A stretch of DNA of 64,000 nt from Elusimicrobiota bacterium (GCA_043819795.1 JBDREN010000222.1:1-64000), one strand, 5' to 3'. Shown: positions 50,789 through 61,243, counted from the stretch's first letter. A program made the numbers and translations. Notes: generated by a model not told the origin, from the sequence alone.

Positions 50789-52404
50789 TGGAAGAGAAGA
50801 AATTGAAACCCGACGAGGTCGCGCGGGTCGACTACGCCCCGCCCAAGAAGCGCTGGACGGATCCCCGCGTGGAGTTCCGGAAGGGGACGTTCAACTACGG
50901 GGCCGTGCCCAAGAGCGTCGAGTATCTGGGCCTGCCGAACGTCAGGAAGTGGCAGCCGATGGACGCCGACTGGCAGCTCCCCGATGACTGGGAGCGGATC
51001 GTCCTGGAGGGGCTGCGGGACCTGCTGAAGAAGTACCGGTCCCTTCAGGTGTTCATGGACATCTGCGTGCGCTGCGGGGCCTGCGCCGACAAGTGCCACT
51101 TCTACATCGGATCGGGGGACCCCAAGAACATGCCCGTCCTGCGCGCGGAGCTGCTGCGCTCGGTGTACCGGAACGACTTCACCATAGCGGGGAAGCTCCT
51201 CCGGGGCTTCGCCGGCGCGAGGAAGCTGTCGATCGACGTCATCAGGGAGTGGTTCCTGTACTTCTATCAGTGCACCGAGTGCCGGCGCTGCTCCGTGTTC
51301 TGTCCGTACGGGATCGACACGGCCGAGATCACGATGATGGGGCGGGAGCTCCTCAACCGGCTCGGGCTCGGGATCGACTGGATCTGCACGCCCGCGGCGA
51401 ACTGCTTCCGGACGGGGAACCATCTCGGCATCCAGCCCCACGGGTTCAAGGACAGCGTCGAGTTCGCCCTGGACGACGTCAAGGAGATCTACGGCGTCGA
51501 GATGGAGGCCCCGATCAACAAAAAGGGGGCGGAGATCCTCTTCGTGGTCCCCTCGGCCGACTACTTCGGCGACCCCCACTACTTCGGGTTCCTGGGCTAC
51601 ATCGCCCTGTTCCATGAGATCGGGCTCGACTACACCTTCAGCAGCTTCGCCTCGGAGGGAGGGAACTTCGGCCTGTTCCACTCGGCGGATATGATGAAGA
51701 GGCTCAACGCCAAGATCTACGCCGAGGCCAAGAGGCTCGGAGTCAAGTGGATCATCGGGGGAGAGTGCGGGCACATGTGGCGGGTCCTGCACCAGTACAT
51801 GGACACCATGAACGGCCCGGCCGATTTTCTGGAGGAGCCGGTCTCCCCGATCACGGGCACGCGGTTCGAGAACGCCAAGACCACCAAGATGGTCCATATC
51901 GCGGAGTTCACCGCGGACCTGATCAAGCATGGCAAGCTGAAGCTGGACAAGAGCCGCAACGACCGCTGGAAGGTCACCTGGCACGATTCCTGCAACACCG
52001 CCCGGGCCATGGGGATCTTCGAGGAGCCGCGGTACGTCCTGAAAAACGTGTGCAACCACTTCCATGAGATGCCGGAGAACACGATCCGGGAGGAGACCTT
52101 CTGCTGCGGGAGCGGCTCCGGCATCGGCACCGATGAGAACCTCGAGATGCGGATGAGGGGCGGGTTCCCCAGGGCGAACGCGGTCAAGCACGTCCATGAG
52201 AAGCACGGGGTGAACCTGCTGGCGTGCATGTGCGCGATCGACAAGGCGACGCTGCCGCCGCTGATGGACTTTTGGGTCCCGGGCGTCCAGGTGGGGGCTC
52301 TGCACGAGCTCGTGGGCAACGCCCTTGTCGTCAAGGGCGAGAAGAGGACGACCGACCTGCGCCAGGAGCCGCTCAAGGGAGAGGAGGACAAGGAAGATGC
52401 ATGA
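50785..52404 (+). CDS. dsrK: DsrK Fe-S subunit
   Basis: CVRCGACADKCH, DPKNMPVLRAEL, QCTECRRCSVFCPYGID, GECGHMWR, HDSCN, CCGSGSG, CAIDK. Confidence 0.97.
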   Translation: MMEEKKLKPDEVARVDYAPPKKRWTDPRVEFRKGTFNYGAVPKSVEYLGLPNVRKWQPMDADWQLPDDWERIVLEGLRDLLKKYRSLQVFMDICVRCGACADKCHFYIGSGDPKNMPVLRAELLRSVYRNDFTIAGKLLRGFAGARKLSIDVIREWFLYFYQCTECRRCSVFCPYGIDTAEITMMGRELLNRLGLGIDWICTPAANCFRTGNHLGIQPHGFKDSVEFALDDVKEIYGVEMEAPINKKGAEILFVVPSADYFGDPHYFGFLGYIALFHEIGLDYTFSSFASEGGNFGLFHSADMMKRLNAKIYAEAKRLGVKWIIGGECGHMWRVLHQYMDTMNGPADFLEEPVSPITGTRFENAKTTKMVHIAEFTADLIKHGKLKLDKSRNDRWKVTWHDSCNTARAMGIFEEPRYVLKNVCNHFHEMPENTIREETFCCGSGSGIGTDENLEMRMRGGFPRANAVKHVHEKHGVNLLACMCAIDKATLPPLMDFWVPGVQVGALHELVGNALVVKGEKRTTDLRQEPLKGEEDKEDA

Positions 52405-52780
52405 CACGGGCAAGATCCTGGCCGGCCTGCTGGTCTTCCTCGCTTTGGTGAGCTTCCCGTTCTGGTACAACGCGGCCAGCGGTAAAGGCGCCTACAAGCC
52501 GGAGCCCAAGCTTCCCGTGGGCGAGAAGCGGTGCGTGGCGCCCCGGGAGTACATGAAGTCGTTCCACATGGACCTCTTGAACACGTGGAGGGACGAGGTC
52601 GTGCGCGAGGGCAAGAGGGAGTACGTGGCGCACGACGGGAAGAAGTACGACAAGAGCCTCTCGCGCACCTGCATGAGCTGCCACACGAGCAGGAAGGATT
52701 TCTGCCTCCGGTGCCACGAATACGCCGGGGTGACGCCGTACTGCTGGGACTGCCATGTCGAGCCAAAGGACACCGAGTGA
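52397..52780 (+). CDS. dsrJ: DsrJ triheme cytochrome c
   Basis: N-terminal TM/signal; CV....M...HM.LL..WRD.VVR.G; CMSCH, CLRCH, CWDCH. Confidence 0.95.
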   Translation: MHDTGKILAGLLVFLALVSFPFWYNAASGKGAYKPEPKLPVGEKRCVAPREYMKSFHMDLLNTWRDEVVREGKREYVAHDGKKYDKSLSRTCMSCHTSRKDFCLRCHEYAGVTPYCWDCHVEPKDTE

Positions 52781-53571
52781 TGGATAGAAAAGGATTCTTG
52801 AAGCTGGCCGGATTGACGGCTATCGCGGGGGCCGCGGGCAAATGGGGCGCCGTCGCGGATGCCGCGGGAAAGACGAGCGAGGCGTCCTCTGGGCGCCACG
52901 CGGGCGAGGGCTCTTCCAAGGCCGTCCATAGATGGGCGATGGCGGTCGACGTGAAGAAGTGCGTGAAGGAGAAGGGGTGCGAGCTCTGCACCGAGGCCTG
53001 CCACGCGGAGCATAACGTCCCCGACTTCGGCAACCCGAAGGACGAGGTGAAGTGGATCTGGAAAGAGCCCTTCGAGCGCGTCTTCCACGAGCACGAGCAC
53101 GAGTTCGTTCCCGAGAATCCCAAGCACGGCCCGACGCCGGTCCTGTGCAACCATTGCGATAATCCCGCCTGCGTGAAGGTCTGCCCCACGAAGGCGACCT
53201 GGAAGAGGGAGTCGGACGGGATCGTCATGATGGACTGGCACAGGTGCATCGGCTGCAGATACTGCGTGGCCGCGTGCCCCTACGGCTCCAGGAGCTTCAA
53301 CTGGCGGGACCCGCGCCCCTTCATCAAGGATATCAGGAAGGAGTTCCCCACGAGGGCCATCGGCGTGGTGGAGAAGTGCAATTTCTGCGAAGAGCGGCTC
53401 GCGAAAGGGAAGCCGCCGGCCTGCGTAGAGGCGTGCCCCGCCGGGGCGCTGGTCTTCGGCGACCTCAAGGACCCGAGGGCCGAGATCCGGAGGCTCCTCG
53501 GCTCGAAGTTCTCCCTGCGGCGCAAGCCGGGGCTCGGGACGAGGCCGCAAGTCTACTACATCGTGACCTGA
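52780..53571 (+). CDS. dsrO: DsrO periplasmic Fe-S protein
   Basis: Tat-like DRKGFLK; C..ACH.EHNVP, CNHCDNPACVKVCPT, CIGCRYCVAACPYG, EKCNFC, PACVEACP. Confidence 0.95.
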   Translation: MDRKGFLKLAGLTAIAGAAGKWGAVADAAGKTSEASSGRHAGEGSSKAVHRWAMAVDVKKCVKEKGCELCTEACHAEHNVPDFGNPKDEVKWIWKEPFERVFHEHEHEFVPENPKHGPTPVLCNHCDNPACVKVCPTKATWKRESDGIVMMDWHRCIGCRYCVAACPYGSRSFNWRDPRPFIKDIRKEFPTRAIGVVEKCNFCEERLAKGKPPACVEACPAGALVFGDLKDPRAEIRRLLGSKFSLRRKPGLGTRPQVYYIVT

Positions 53572-53578
53572 GGCGGAT

Positions 53579-54739
53579 ATGCTATTAGAGAGAGCGCTCG
53601 TCGGAAGCCGGAAGTACTGGATGTGGATGTCCTTTTTGGGCGCCGTCGTCCTTGTGGGGGTCCTCTTCTACCTCAAGCAGTTCACCTACGGGCTGGGCAT
53701 CACGGGCCTCAGCAGGGACGTGACCTGGGGCTTTTATATCGCCCAATTCACGTTTCTAGTCGGAGTGGCGGCCTCGGCGGTCATGGTGGTGCTGCCCTAC
53801 TACCTGCACGACTACAAGGCGTTCTCGAAGATCACCATCCTCGGCGAGTTCCTGGCGATCTCGGCCGTGGTTATGTGCGTGACGTTCATCTTCGTGGACA
53901 TGGGCCAGCCGCTGCGGATCGTCAACGTGCTCCTCTATCCGTCTCCCGGGTCGATGATATTCTGGGACGTGATCGCCCTCAACGGGTATCTGGCGCTCAA
54001 CGCCCTGATCGGCTTCGTGGTGCTGAGCGCGGAGCGCAAGGAGACGGCCCCGCCCGGGTGGATCAAGCCGGTCATCATCCTGTCCATTCCCTGGGCGATC
54101 AGCATCCACACCGTGACGGCGTTCCTGTACTCCGGCCTCTCGGCCCGGCCGTTCTGGATGACGGCGATCCTCGCCCCGCGGTTCCTCGCGTCGGCCTTCG
54201 CTTCGGGCCCCGCCCTGCTGATCCTCCTTTGCCTGCTCCTCAAGAAGATAACCCGGTTCGACGCCGGGGAGAAGCCGGTCCAGGCGCTCGCTCTCATCGC
54301 GACCTACGCCATGCTCATCAACGTGTTCTTCGTCCTGATGGAGGTCTTTACCGCGTTCTACAGCGATATCCCGGAGCACACGTCGCATTTCCTGTTCCTG
54401 TTCGCGGGCCTGGGGGGGAACGCCACGCTCGTGCCTTGGATGTGGACCTCCGTGGCCTTGGCCGTCGTGGCGCTCGCGCTTCTGCTCAACCCCGGCACCA
54501 GGCGGACCCCGGAGACGCTGGCGGTCGCCTGCATGGCGATCTTCGGCTCCATCTGGATAGACAAGGGCCTGGGCATGGTCGTGACGGGCTTCATCCCCAC
54601 CCCCATGGGCGAGGTGGTCCGGTACTGGCCGACCTTCCCGGAGGTCATGATCAGCCTGGGCGTCTACGGGATCGGGCTGTTTCTGCTGAGCGGTCTGTAC
54701 AAGATCGTCCTCTCCTTGAGGGGAGAGGTGGCGGTCTGA
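53579..54739 (+). CDS. dsrP: DsrP (NrfD/PsrC family) integral membrane protein
   Basis: GLGITGLSRDVTWG, FLVGVAASAVM, SIHTVTAFL, LAPRFLASAF, WIDKG. Confidence 0.95.
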   Translation: MLLERALVGSRKYWMWMSFLGAVVLVGVLFYLKQFTYGLGITGLSRDVTWGFYIAQFTFLVGVAASAVMVVLPYYLHDYKAFSKITILGEFLAISAVVMCVTFIFVDMGQPLRIVNVLLYPSPGSMIFWDVIALNGYLALNALIGFVVLSAERKETAPPGWIKPVIILSIPWAISIHTVTAFLYSGLSARPFWMTAILAPRFLASAFASGPALLILLCLLLKKITRFDAGEKPVQALALIATYAMLINVFFVLMEVFTAFYSDIPEHTSHFLFLFAGLGGNATLVPWMWTSVALAVVALALLLNPGTRRTPETLAVACMAIFGSIWIDKGLGMVVTGFIPTPMGEVVRYWPTFPEVMISLGVYGIGLFLLSGLYKIVLSLRGEVAV

Positions 54740-54826
54740 ACGGCGCTCTTGCGACGATATCCTCGATAAAACCCAAGGAGTCGTTCCCTCGGCCGCCTTC
54801 GGCGTCCGAAGGGACATACCATAGCC

Positions 54827-55468
54827 ATGATCAACACGTATCTTCCGATTAGCATATCCCTCAAGGGCCGGCGGTGCCTGGTGGTCGGCGGAGGGGGGGT
54901 CGCCCTGCGCAAGGTCGAGACCCTGCTCGACTACGACTGCCGGATCACGGTGGTGGCCCCCGAGCCTGTGGAGAAGATCGGGTACTTCGCGAAGGCGGGC
55001 AGGCTCACGCTCGAGAAGAGGGAGTACCGCTCCCCGGAGGCGTCGGGATACGGGCTCGCGATATCGGCGAGCGACGATCGCGGGGTCAACAAGGCGGTGG
55101 CGGAGGACTGCGAAAAGGCCGGCGTGCCGGTCAACGTCGTGGACGATCCCGCGCTGTGCGGCTTCATCTTCCCGGCCGTGGTCAAGCGGGGAGGCCTGAG
55201 CGTGGCCGTCTCGACCGACGGCAGGTCCCCCTTCCTGGCCGGCCATTTGAGGGCGATCCTCGAGGACATCTTCCCGGACCGGTGGAAGAATATAGCGGAT
55301 GCCGCCGCTGCGTTCCGCGACAAGGTCCGAAAGCGCTGGCCGAAGGATCCGCGGGGGCAGTCGGAGTGCTATACGAGGTTCGTCAGCGCCGACTGGAAGG
55401 ATATCCTCAAGAAGAAGAAGGACGGGCCCGAGATCGAGCGCGAGCTCGACGGCATGCTCGAGGGATAG
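54827..55468 (+). CDS. sirC: Precorrin-2 dehydrogenase / sirohydrochlorin ferrochelatase (SirC / CysG N-terminal)
   Basis: CLVVGGGGVALRK, VNVVDDP..C.FIFPA, VAVSTDGRSP. Confidence 0.9.
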   Translation: MINTYLPISISLKGRRCLVVGGGGVALRKVETLLDYDCRITVVAPEPVEKIGYFAKAGRLTLEKREYRSPEASGYGLAISASDDRGVNKAVAEDCEKAGVPVNVVDDPALCGFIFPAVVKRGGLSVAVSTDGRSPFLAGHLRAILEDIFPDRWKNIADAAAAFRDKVRKRWPKDPRGQSECYTRFVSADWKDILKKKKDGPEIERELDGMLEG

Positions 55469-57039
55469 TGGCCCGGGCAAATCGGGGGATCGTCTACCTC
55501 ATCGGCGCGGGTCCGGGCGACCCGGAGCTCATCACCGTGAAGGGACGGAGGCTTCTGGAGACCTGCGACGCCGTGATCTACGACAACCTGGTCGCCAACG
55601 AGCTCGTGCTCTCGCTTCCGGAGTCGGCCGAGAAATACTACGTCGGCAAGAAGGCGGGCCATCACTGCTATTCGCAGGCTGACATCAACAGGCTCCTCGT
55701 CGAGCTGGCCGGGAAGGGGAAGGCGGTGGCCCGGCTCAAGGGCGGCGACCCCTTCGTCTTCGGGCGCGGCGCGGAGGAGGCGAGGCATCTCAAGAGGCGC
55801 GGCATCAGGTTCGAGATCGTGTCGGGAGTGACGTCGGGAGTCGCGGCGCTGGCCTACAACGGCATTCCCTGCACGGACAGGACCAAGTCCTCGTTCGTGG
55901 TCTTCGCCACCGGCCATAAGGCGAGCGGCAAGAAGCGATCCGCCGTCCCCTGGGATTGGATCGCCCGGGCCAAGCAGGGCACCATCGTCGTCTATATGGG
56001 GATGGGGGAGCTCGAGAATATCGTCAAAAGGCTCTTGGACGGCGGGATGCCGGCCCGGACGCCCGCCGCCGTCATCGAGCGCGGCACGTTCCCCTCCCAG
56101 AGAGTGGTCACCGCCGGCCTCGGCCGCCTGCCGGAGAAGGCGCGCGCCGCCGCGATCCGCCCGCCCGCCGTCATCGTCATCGGGGAAGTCGTCGGCCTCA
56201 GGCCCCAGCTGCGCTGGCAGCAGATGCGGCCGCTTTCGGGCGTCCGGGTCATGAGCACGCGCCTTCCCGGACAGGCGGGGCGGATGCACGAGCTCCTTCG
56301 GGAGTCGGGAGCCGAGGTTCTGTCCTATCCGACCATCGCGGTGGCGGAAAAAGACGATCCGCGGGGGTGGGCGGCGTTCGAGAGGCTCTCCGGGGAGAAC
56401 CGCTGGCTGGTCTTCACTAGCGCGAACGGCGTCCGATGCTTTTTTAGGGAGCTCATGAGGCGTTACGGCGACATCCGGCGCCTCAGCGGCTTCAAGATCG
56501 CGGTCGTCGGCGAGGGCGCGGCCCGGGCGCTCAAGGCGCTGAATCTGGCGACGGACTTCATTCCCCCGAAGGCCACCGTGGCGACGCTGGCCGGGAGGAT
56601 GCTCAAGGAGCTGGACCTCTCCGGGGCCGCCGTCGTGCGGGTCCGGGGGACCCTCGCGGAAAGGACGCTCGAGAGGAGGCTGGAGAAGGCCGGGGTCAGC
56701 GTGACGCCGCTGACGGTCTACCGGACGCGCCGGCCCGCGTGGCCCGAGGGCCTGAAGGGGAAGCTCTTCGACCATCCTCCGCAGGCGATGGTGTTCACCA
56801 GCGGCTCATCGGTGGCGGGGCTCTTCGCCAACCTCACGAACAATGAGGCGAAGCGTCTGGCGGCCGGCGCGGCCGTCGCCTCGATCGGGCCGATGACGAC
56901 CAAGGCCCTGCGGGCGCGGGGGCTGAAGGTCACGATCGAGGCGGAGGAGCACACGGTCCCCGGCCTGGTCGGAGCCATAGTGGAGCACTTTCGGCGCCGG
57001 TCTCGGCGCGGGCCGCGGAAGCGCGGCCCCGCCCGATAG
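55468..57039 (+). CDS. cobA: Fused uroporphyrinogen-III C-methyltransferase / uroporphyrinogen-III synthase (CobA-HemD)
   Basis: GTG 55468 overlaps the sirC stop; VYLIGAGPGDPELIT, RLKGGDPFVFGRG.EE; HemD motifs FTSANGV, FTSGSSV, SIGPMT. Confidence 0.93.
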   Translation: MARANRGIVYLIGAGPGDPELITVKGRRLLETCDAVIYDNLVANELVLSLPESAEKYYVGKKAGHHCYSQADINRLLVELAGKGKAVARLKGGDPFVFGRGAEEARHLKRRGIRFEIVSGVTSGVAALAYNGIPCTDRTKSSFVVFATGHKASGKKRSAVPWDWIARAKQGTIVVYMGMGELENIVKRLLDGGMPARTPAAVIERGTFPSQRVVTAGLGRLPEKARAAAIRPPAVIVIGEVVGLRPQLRWQQMRPLSGVRVMSTRLPGQAGRMHELLRESGAEVLSYPTIAVAEKDDPRGWAAFERLSGENRWLVFTSANGVRCFFRELMRRYGDIRRLSGFKIAVVGEGAARALKALNLATDFIPPKATVATLAGRMLKELDLSGAAVVRVRGTLAERTLERRLEKAGVSVTPLTVYRTRRPAWPEGLKGKLFDHPPQAMVFTSGSSVAGLFANLTNNEAKRLAAGAAVASIGPMTTKALRARGLKVTIEAEEHTVPGLVGAIVEHFRRRSRRGPRKRGPAR

Positions 57040-57080
57040 ACGCGGCCGCCGCGGCGAATGGAGCGGAGAAAGGAGGAGAT

Positions 57081-57473
57081 ATGGATCTGATGACGATCAG
57101 TCAGGTGGAGGACAAAAAATTCAGCATCGAGCTCAGGAGCCACAAGATAGAATCCGACATGCACGCGGACGAGGGCGGCAAAGACGCCGGCATGAACCCG
57201 ATCGAGCTCCTGGTCGGGTCCCTCGGGGCGTGCATCGGGATGACGATCAAGTTCTACTGCGACTCCCACAAGATCCCCTGCGAGGGCCTGGTCGTCAACG
57301 CGGTCCCCACTCTTGCGGCCAAGCCCAAGCGGGTGGAGAACATCGCCATCGACATAAGCCTGCCGGAGGGCTTCCCCGAGGACAGGAAGGAGTCGATCCT
57401 GAGGGTCGCGGAAAAGTGCCCCGTCCACAACGCGCTCAAGCACGCGCCCGCCATAGATATCGACATCGTCTAG
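57081..57473 (+). CDS. OsmC/YhfA family protein
   Basis: GG.D.G..P.ELL..SLGAC...T, AEKCPVH; AAGGAGG RBS. Confidence 0.9.
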   Translation: MDLMTISQVEDKKFSIELRSHKIESDMHADEGGKDAGMNPIELLVGSLGACIGMTIKFYCDSHKIPCEGLVVNAVPTLAAKPKRVENIAIDISLPEGFPEDRKESILRVAEKCPVHNALKHAPAIDIDIV

Positions 57474-57478
57474 AATGA

Positions 57479-57513
57479 GCGGAGGGAGATCCGCGTTGCG
57501 AATCTCCCTCCGC
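57479..57513. terminator. Hairpin between convergent operons
   Basis: GCGGAGGGAGATCCGC-GTT-GCGAATCTCCCTCCGC, 16 bp with one mismatch. Confidence 0.55.
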
Positions 57514-57596
57514 CCCTTCCGCACGGCGCCGGCGTCCTTGCGGCGGCGTTCCTGATAACACCGAGGTGTAAGCGCCGCAGGGCAGGCCTGCGGCGC

Positions 57597-58496
57597 TTAG
57601 TTCATCTTCGGGTTCATCTTATCGGTGGGATCCACCTTCGCCGCGGCCTCCCGCGCCTCCGCCGCCTCCTCCGCCGCCTTCTTTTTGGCTTCCAGCTCCT
57701 TCTTCTTGGCTTCCATGACCTCGGCCTCGACAGTCATGGTCTTCTCGCCGAGCAGGGCGAACCGGAGCCAGCGGTAGCCGAACTTGAGGAGGGCCGTGTC
57801 GTCCTTCTTCAGGGCTTCCCGGGTCTCCTCGTCGACCACGAACTTGTCGAAGAAGCTGCTCTTGAACACGAAACCCCGGAACTTGTCGAGGTCGTAGCAG
57901 GCCATGAAGAACATCTCGATCTTCTGGGGGGTGAGGATGCCGCCCTCCTGGACGAGCTTGTGCAGGGTGATGTCCTTGAACTCCTTGCCCATCTCGTCGT
58001 ATTCGGCGATCCCCTGCTCCCGGAGCCATTCGCTCACCGTCCACTTGCGCGTCTCGTCGAAGCCCTTGCAGCCGGTCTCCTTGAGGAGGAAGTAGAACTC
58101 CTTGTTGAGGGCCTCGCTGTCTTCCTTGGGCGACGCCAGGCCCAGTGGGTACATGCGGCACGACCAGGGCCTGTCGGCGTAGACCCCGCAGCCGTCCTTG
58201 GTGACGAACTGGCAGGTCTTCTTCTCGTCGTCCCGCATCTTGAGTAGGACGATCGGGTACTTGAGGTTCTTGTCGAACGGTGAGATCGTGTATTTCTCCA
58301 GGAACTCCCCCGACGTGATCCCCAATGCCTTCTTGAAACGCAGGATGTCGTAGGGCGTCAGGAAGATGTTGACGTCGCCGCAGCAGTTGTTGAAGCACGA
58401 GACATCCTTGTGGCACGCGAAGGTGAATTCGCTGTCTTTCGTGAGCCGCGGGTATTCCTTAAGGATCTCTTCCTTTAGTCTCTGGATCTCCTCCAC
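57597..58496 (-). CDS. YkgJ-family cysteine-cluster protein
   Basis: F.CH..V.CFN.CC....I.LTPYDILR, C.F....GC.VY.DRP.SCR.YP, C.G; AAGGAGG RBS, GTG start. Confidence 0.88.
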   Translation of the reverse strand: MEEIQRLKEEILKEYPRLTKDSEFTFACHKDVSCFNNCCGDVNIFLTPYDILRFKKALGITSGEFLEKYTISPFDKNLKYPIVLLKMRDDEKKTCQFVTKDGCGVYADRPWSCRMYPLGLASPKEDSEALNKEFYFLLKETGCKGFDETRKWTVSEWLREQGIAEYDEMGKEFKDITLHKLVQEGGILTPQKIEMFFMACYDLDKFRGFVFKSSFFDKFVVDEETREALKKDDTALLKFGYRWLRFALLGEKTMTVEAEVMEAKKKELEAKKKAAEEAAEAREAAAKVDPTDKMNPKMN

Positions 58497-58506
58497 TGTT
58501 TCCTCC

Positions 58507-58779
58507 TTATTCCTGCTCCACGATGCCGCTGCGGAGCGCCATCGGCGACCAGACCGGCAGGGGCCCCTGCTCGCCCGTTTTGGGGTCGTAGCGGTGCCGG
58601 TAGGACACGTTCTGCCGGTATGTCTTCCTCATCCAGTCCCAGCCCCGGATGAAGTAGGGGCAGGAGTCGTTGAAGCATACGTACTGATGGCCCGGCCCCC
58701 ACGACGACTGGTCCGCCGGGGGTTCCCACGGCGACATCGCCTGGTCGCAGTGCGGGCATTTCGCGTTCTTATCTTCCAT
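58507..58779 (-). CDS. Small zinc-ribbon-like protein (90 aa)
   Basis: [11 protein letters not shown]...W....W.....[18 protein letters not shown] upstream; lies between aprA and the YkgJ-like gene. Confidence 0.75.
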   Translation of the reverse strand: MEDKNAKCPHCDQAMSPWEPPADQSSWGPGHQYVCFNDSCPYFIRGWDWMRKTYRQNVSYRHRYDPKTGEQGPLPVWSPMALRSGIVEQE

Positions 58780-58877
58780 ATCGGCCCTCTGGTTTTTCCG
58801 AAGAAGGCGCGAATCCTCCAGGCGCGCGGGGCGCCTGGAGGATTCTATGCAGCCTTCTATCCGTCGTGCCGCCCGAC

Positions 58878-60746
58878 TCAGTAGATGGAGAGGATCTCCC
58901 TCTTCTTCATCTCCCATTCCTTCTTGTCGGGGCAGTACGTGCAGTTGGCGAAGACCTTCCAGTCGTCCTTCATCTTGGGGCGGTCCGCCCGGAAGTAGTA
59001 ACCCGGCCAGCGGGTCTCGTCCCGGAACATGATCGTCCGCATGTGCGACTCGGCCTGCCACGTGCGGTGGATGTTCTCCCAGCAGCGCGTGAGCTCATGA
59101 AGGCCCTCGGCCGCGAGCTTCTCGGCGTCCACCTTGAGCACGTCGAGCAATTCGAGGCCCTTCTTCAGCAGCATCTCGCTGGTGGTGAAGTTCGTCGACA
59201 CTCCGCCCGCGTACTCGTCCATGAGCTTCTGCAGGCGGAACAGGTACTGCTTCGGCCGGATGTAGTTCGGGTTGATGTCCGGATCGACCGTGTAGCCCTT
59301 GTGCTGCTCGAAGATCTCGAGCGGCTGGAGGATCCTCTCCTTGAGCGCCTCGATCTTCGCGTTGTCGACTTCCGGCGCGTCCCCGTTCTCGACCGCGAAG
59401 CGGGCGGCGGCCTTGGCGGCGATCCTCCCCTCGGCGTGGGAGCCGGAGGAGAACTTATGGCTGGACGCGCCGGAAGCGTCGCCGGCGGCGAACAGGCCCT
59501 TCACCGTGGTCATGTTGGCGTAGCCCCAGAAGTAGTCCTTGGGGGCGATGTCTTCGGGACCGCTCACCCAGGCGCCTGACGCGCCGGAGTGGGAGCCGAT
59601 GAAGTAGGGCTCGCATGCCGCGATCTCAGAGGGCTTCTCCTCGGGCATGACGTTGCTCGCGGCCCACAGGATGGCCTGCGAGATGGTCATATCGAGGAAG
59701 TCCTCCCAAGCCTCGCTCTCGAGCTCCTTGAGCTTCCGTTTGCGCTCCTTCGGGTCCTGCACCTGCTCGGACAGCTTCTGGATGGCCTCTTCGGTCCTCA
59801 TGTGGATCGGGCCCTTGCCGTCCATGACGTCGAGCATCATGAGCCAGTTGCGCAGGTTCGCCGGGACCGGCTTCACCGCGCCGTAAGGCTTCCAGTTCTC
59901 GAGCTCGGGCCGGCGGGTCTCCATGTAGTTCTCGCCCAGGCCGTTCGTGGCCCGGGACTTGAAGAGCAGGAACCACGCGCCGACGGGGCCGTAGGCGTCC
60001 TTGAAGCGGACCGGGATGAACCGGACTTCCTGGCAGGTCATCTCGGCGCCGGCCTTGATGGTGAAGTAGGCGCTCGCGCCGGAGTTGAACGGAGGATACC
60101 AGGAGCGGCCGAGGCCTTCGCCGCCGGAGCGCGGCTTGAAGACGTGCACGGCGCCGCCCATGGCGGTCAGCACGGCTTTCGCCTTGAACACGTAGAACTT
60201 GTTCTCGCGGGTGCTGAAGCCGACGGCGCCCACGCACCTGCCGTTCTCGACCAGGGGCTCGACGATGAACACCCGCTCGTAGACGTTCTCGGCGCCCAGG
60301 GCGTTCTTCGCGGCCTCGGCGACGATGATCTTGTAGGACTCGCCGTTGATCATCAGCTGCCACCGGCCCTCGTGCACGTAGCCGCCCTTCTCGTCCTTCC
60401 AGATGGGCAGGCCCCACTTCTCGAAGAGGTGGACGGAGGAGTCCACGTGGCGCGCGATATTGGCCACGAGGTCCTCGCGGGTGATCCCCATGAGGTCGTT
60501 GCGCACGTAGTCGACGTAGTTCTCGATGGTATTCTTGCCGTCCTTCACGCCGACGTACTGGTTGATGGCCGAAAGGCCCATGGCCACGGCGCCGGAGCGG
60601 TCCATCGCCGCCTTGTCGACTAGGACGACCTTCAGGCCGTTCTTCTTGGCCCAATAAGCGGCTTCCACGGCAGCCCCGCAGGCCGCCATGCCGCCGCCCA
60701 GGATGAGGACGTCACTCTTGACTTCTACGGTTTCGAATTTCGCCAT
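58878..60746 (-). CDS. aprA: Adenylylsulfate reductase alpha subunit
   Basis: [75 protein letters not shown]. Confidence 0.98.
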   Translation of the reverse strand: MAKFETVEVKSDVLILGGGMAACGAAVEAAYWAKKNGLKVVLVDKAAMDRSGAVAMGLSAINQYVGVKDGKNTIENYVDYVRNDLMGITREDLVANIARHVDSSVHLFEKWGLPIWKDEKGGYVHEGRWQLMINGESYKIIVAEAAKNALGAENVYERVFIVEPLVENGRCVGAVGFSTRENKFYVFKAKAVLTAMGGAVHVFKPRSGGEGLGRSWYPPFNSGASAYFTIKAGAEMTCQEVRFIPVRFKDAYGPVGAWFLLFKSRATNGLGENYMETRRPELENWKPYGAVKPVPANLRNWLMMLDVMDGKGPIHMRTEEAIQKLSEQVQDPKERKRKLKELESEAWEDFLDMTISQAILWAASNVMPEEKPSEIAACEPYFIGSHSGASGAWVSGPEDIAPKDYFWGYANMTTVKGLFAAGDASGASSHKFSSGSHAEGRIAAKAAARFAVENGDAPEVDNAKIEALKERILQPLEIFEQHKGYTVDPDINPNYIRPKQYLFRLQKLMDEYAGGVSTNFTTSEMLLKKGLELLDVLKVDAEKLAAEGLHELTRCWENIHRTWQAESHMRTIMFRDETRWPGYYFRADRPKMKDDWKVFANCTYCPDKKEWEMKKREILSIY

Positions 60747-60787
60747 ATCTTTTCTGCTCCTTAAGGGTTCTCGTTACCTGGGGCGGC

Positions 60788-61243
60788 TCACGCCACCTTC
60801 GTCAGAGGCTTTACCGGCGGCAGCTCCTTCATGCCGCAGGACTCGGGCTCGGTGAAGAGCAGCTGGCTCTTGAGATCGTCCGAGGAGGAAAAGCCGCCGT
60901 CCGGCACGGCCGATCCCTCAGGGGTGGTCCTGATAGGGAACTTGAACCTCTTGAGCGTGCCGTTGCGGAACTTGACCGTCCACATGATGGAGTCCGTGCT
61001 GCGCAGCGGCGTCACGCTGGCGCCCAGGGGCACGAAATCCGCGTAGCCGCGCACCTCGACCGCCTGCACCGGGCAGATCTTGACGCAGCACATGCACTCC
61101 CAGCACATCTGGGGGTCCTGGTTGTACGCCTTTTTGGTGTCCTTGTTGAGGACCATCAAGTCGTTGGGGCAAATGTGCTGGCACGCGGTCTTGTCCAGCG
61201 CCTTGCACCCGTCGCACTTGTCCGTAATCACATAACTCGGCAT
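60788..61243 (-). CDS. aprB: Adenylylsulfate reductase beta subunit
   Basis: MPSYV..KCDGCK..DKTAC..ICPNDLM, CWECMCCVKICP, RGYADF, IMWTVKFRNG..KRFKFPIRTT. Confidence 0.98.
   Translation of the reverse strand: MPSYVITDKCDGCKALDKTACQHICPNDLMVLNKDTKKAYNQDPQMCWECMCCVKICPVQAVEVRGYADFVPLGASVTPLRSTDSIMWTVKFRNGTLKRFKFPIRTTPEGSAVPDGGFSSSDDLKSQLLFTEPESCGMKELPPVKPLTKVA

Noticed and set aside
57640..57720. Short GCCTCC-type repeats
   Set aside because: They encode the low-complexity Ala/Glu/Lys tail of the YkgJ-like protein; not a DNA repeat element
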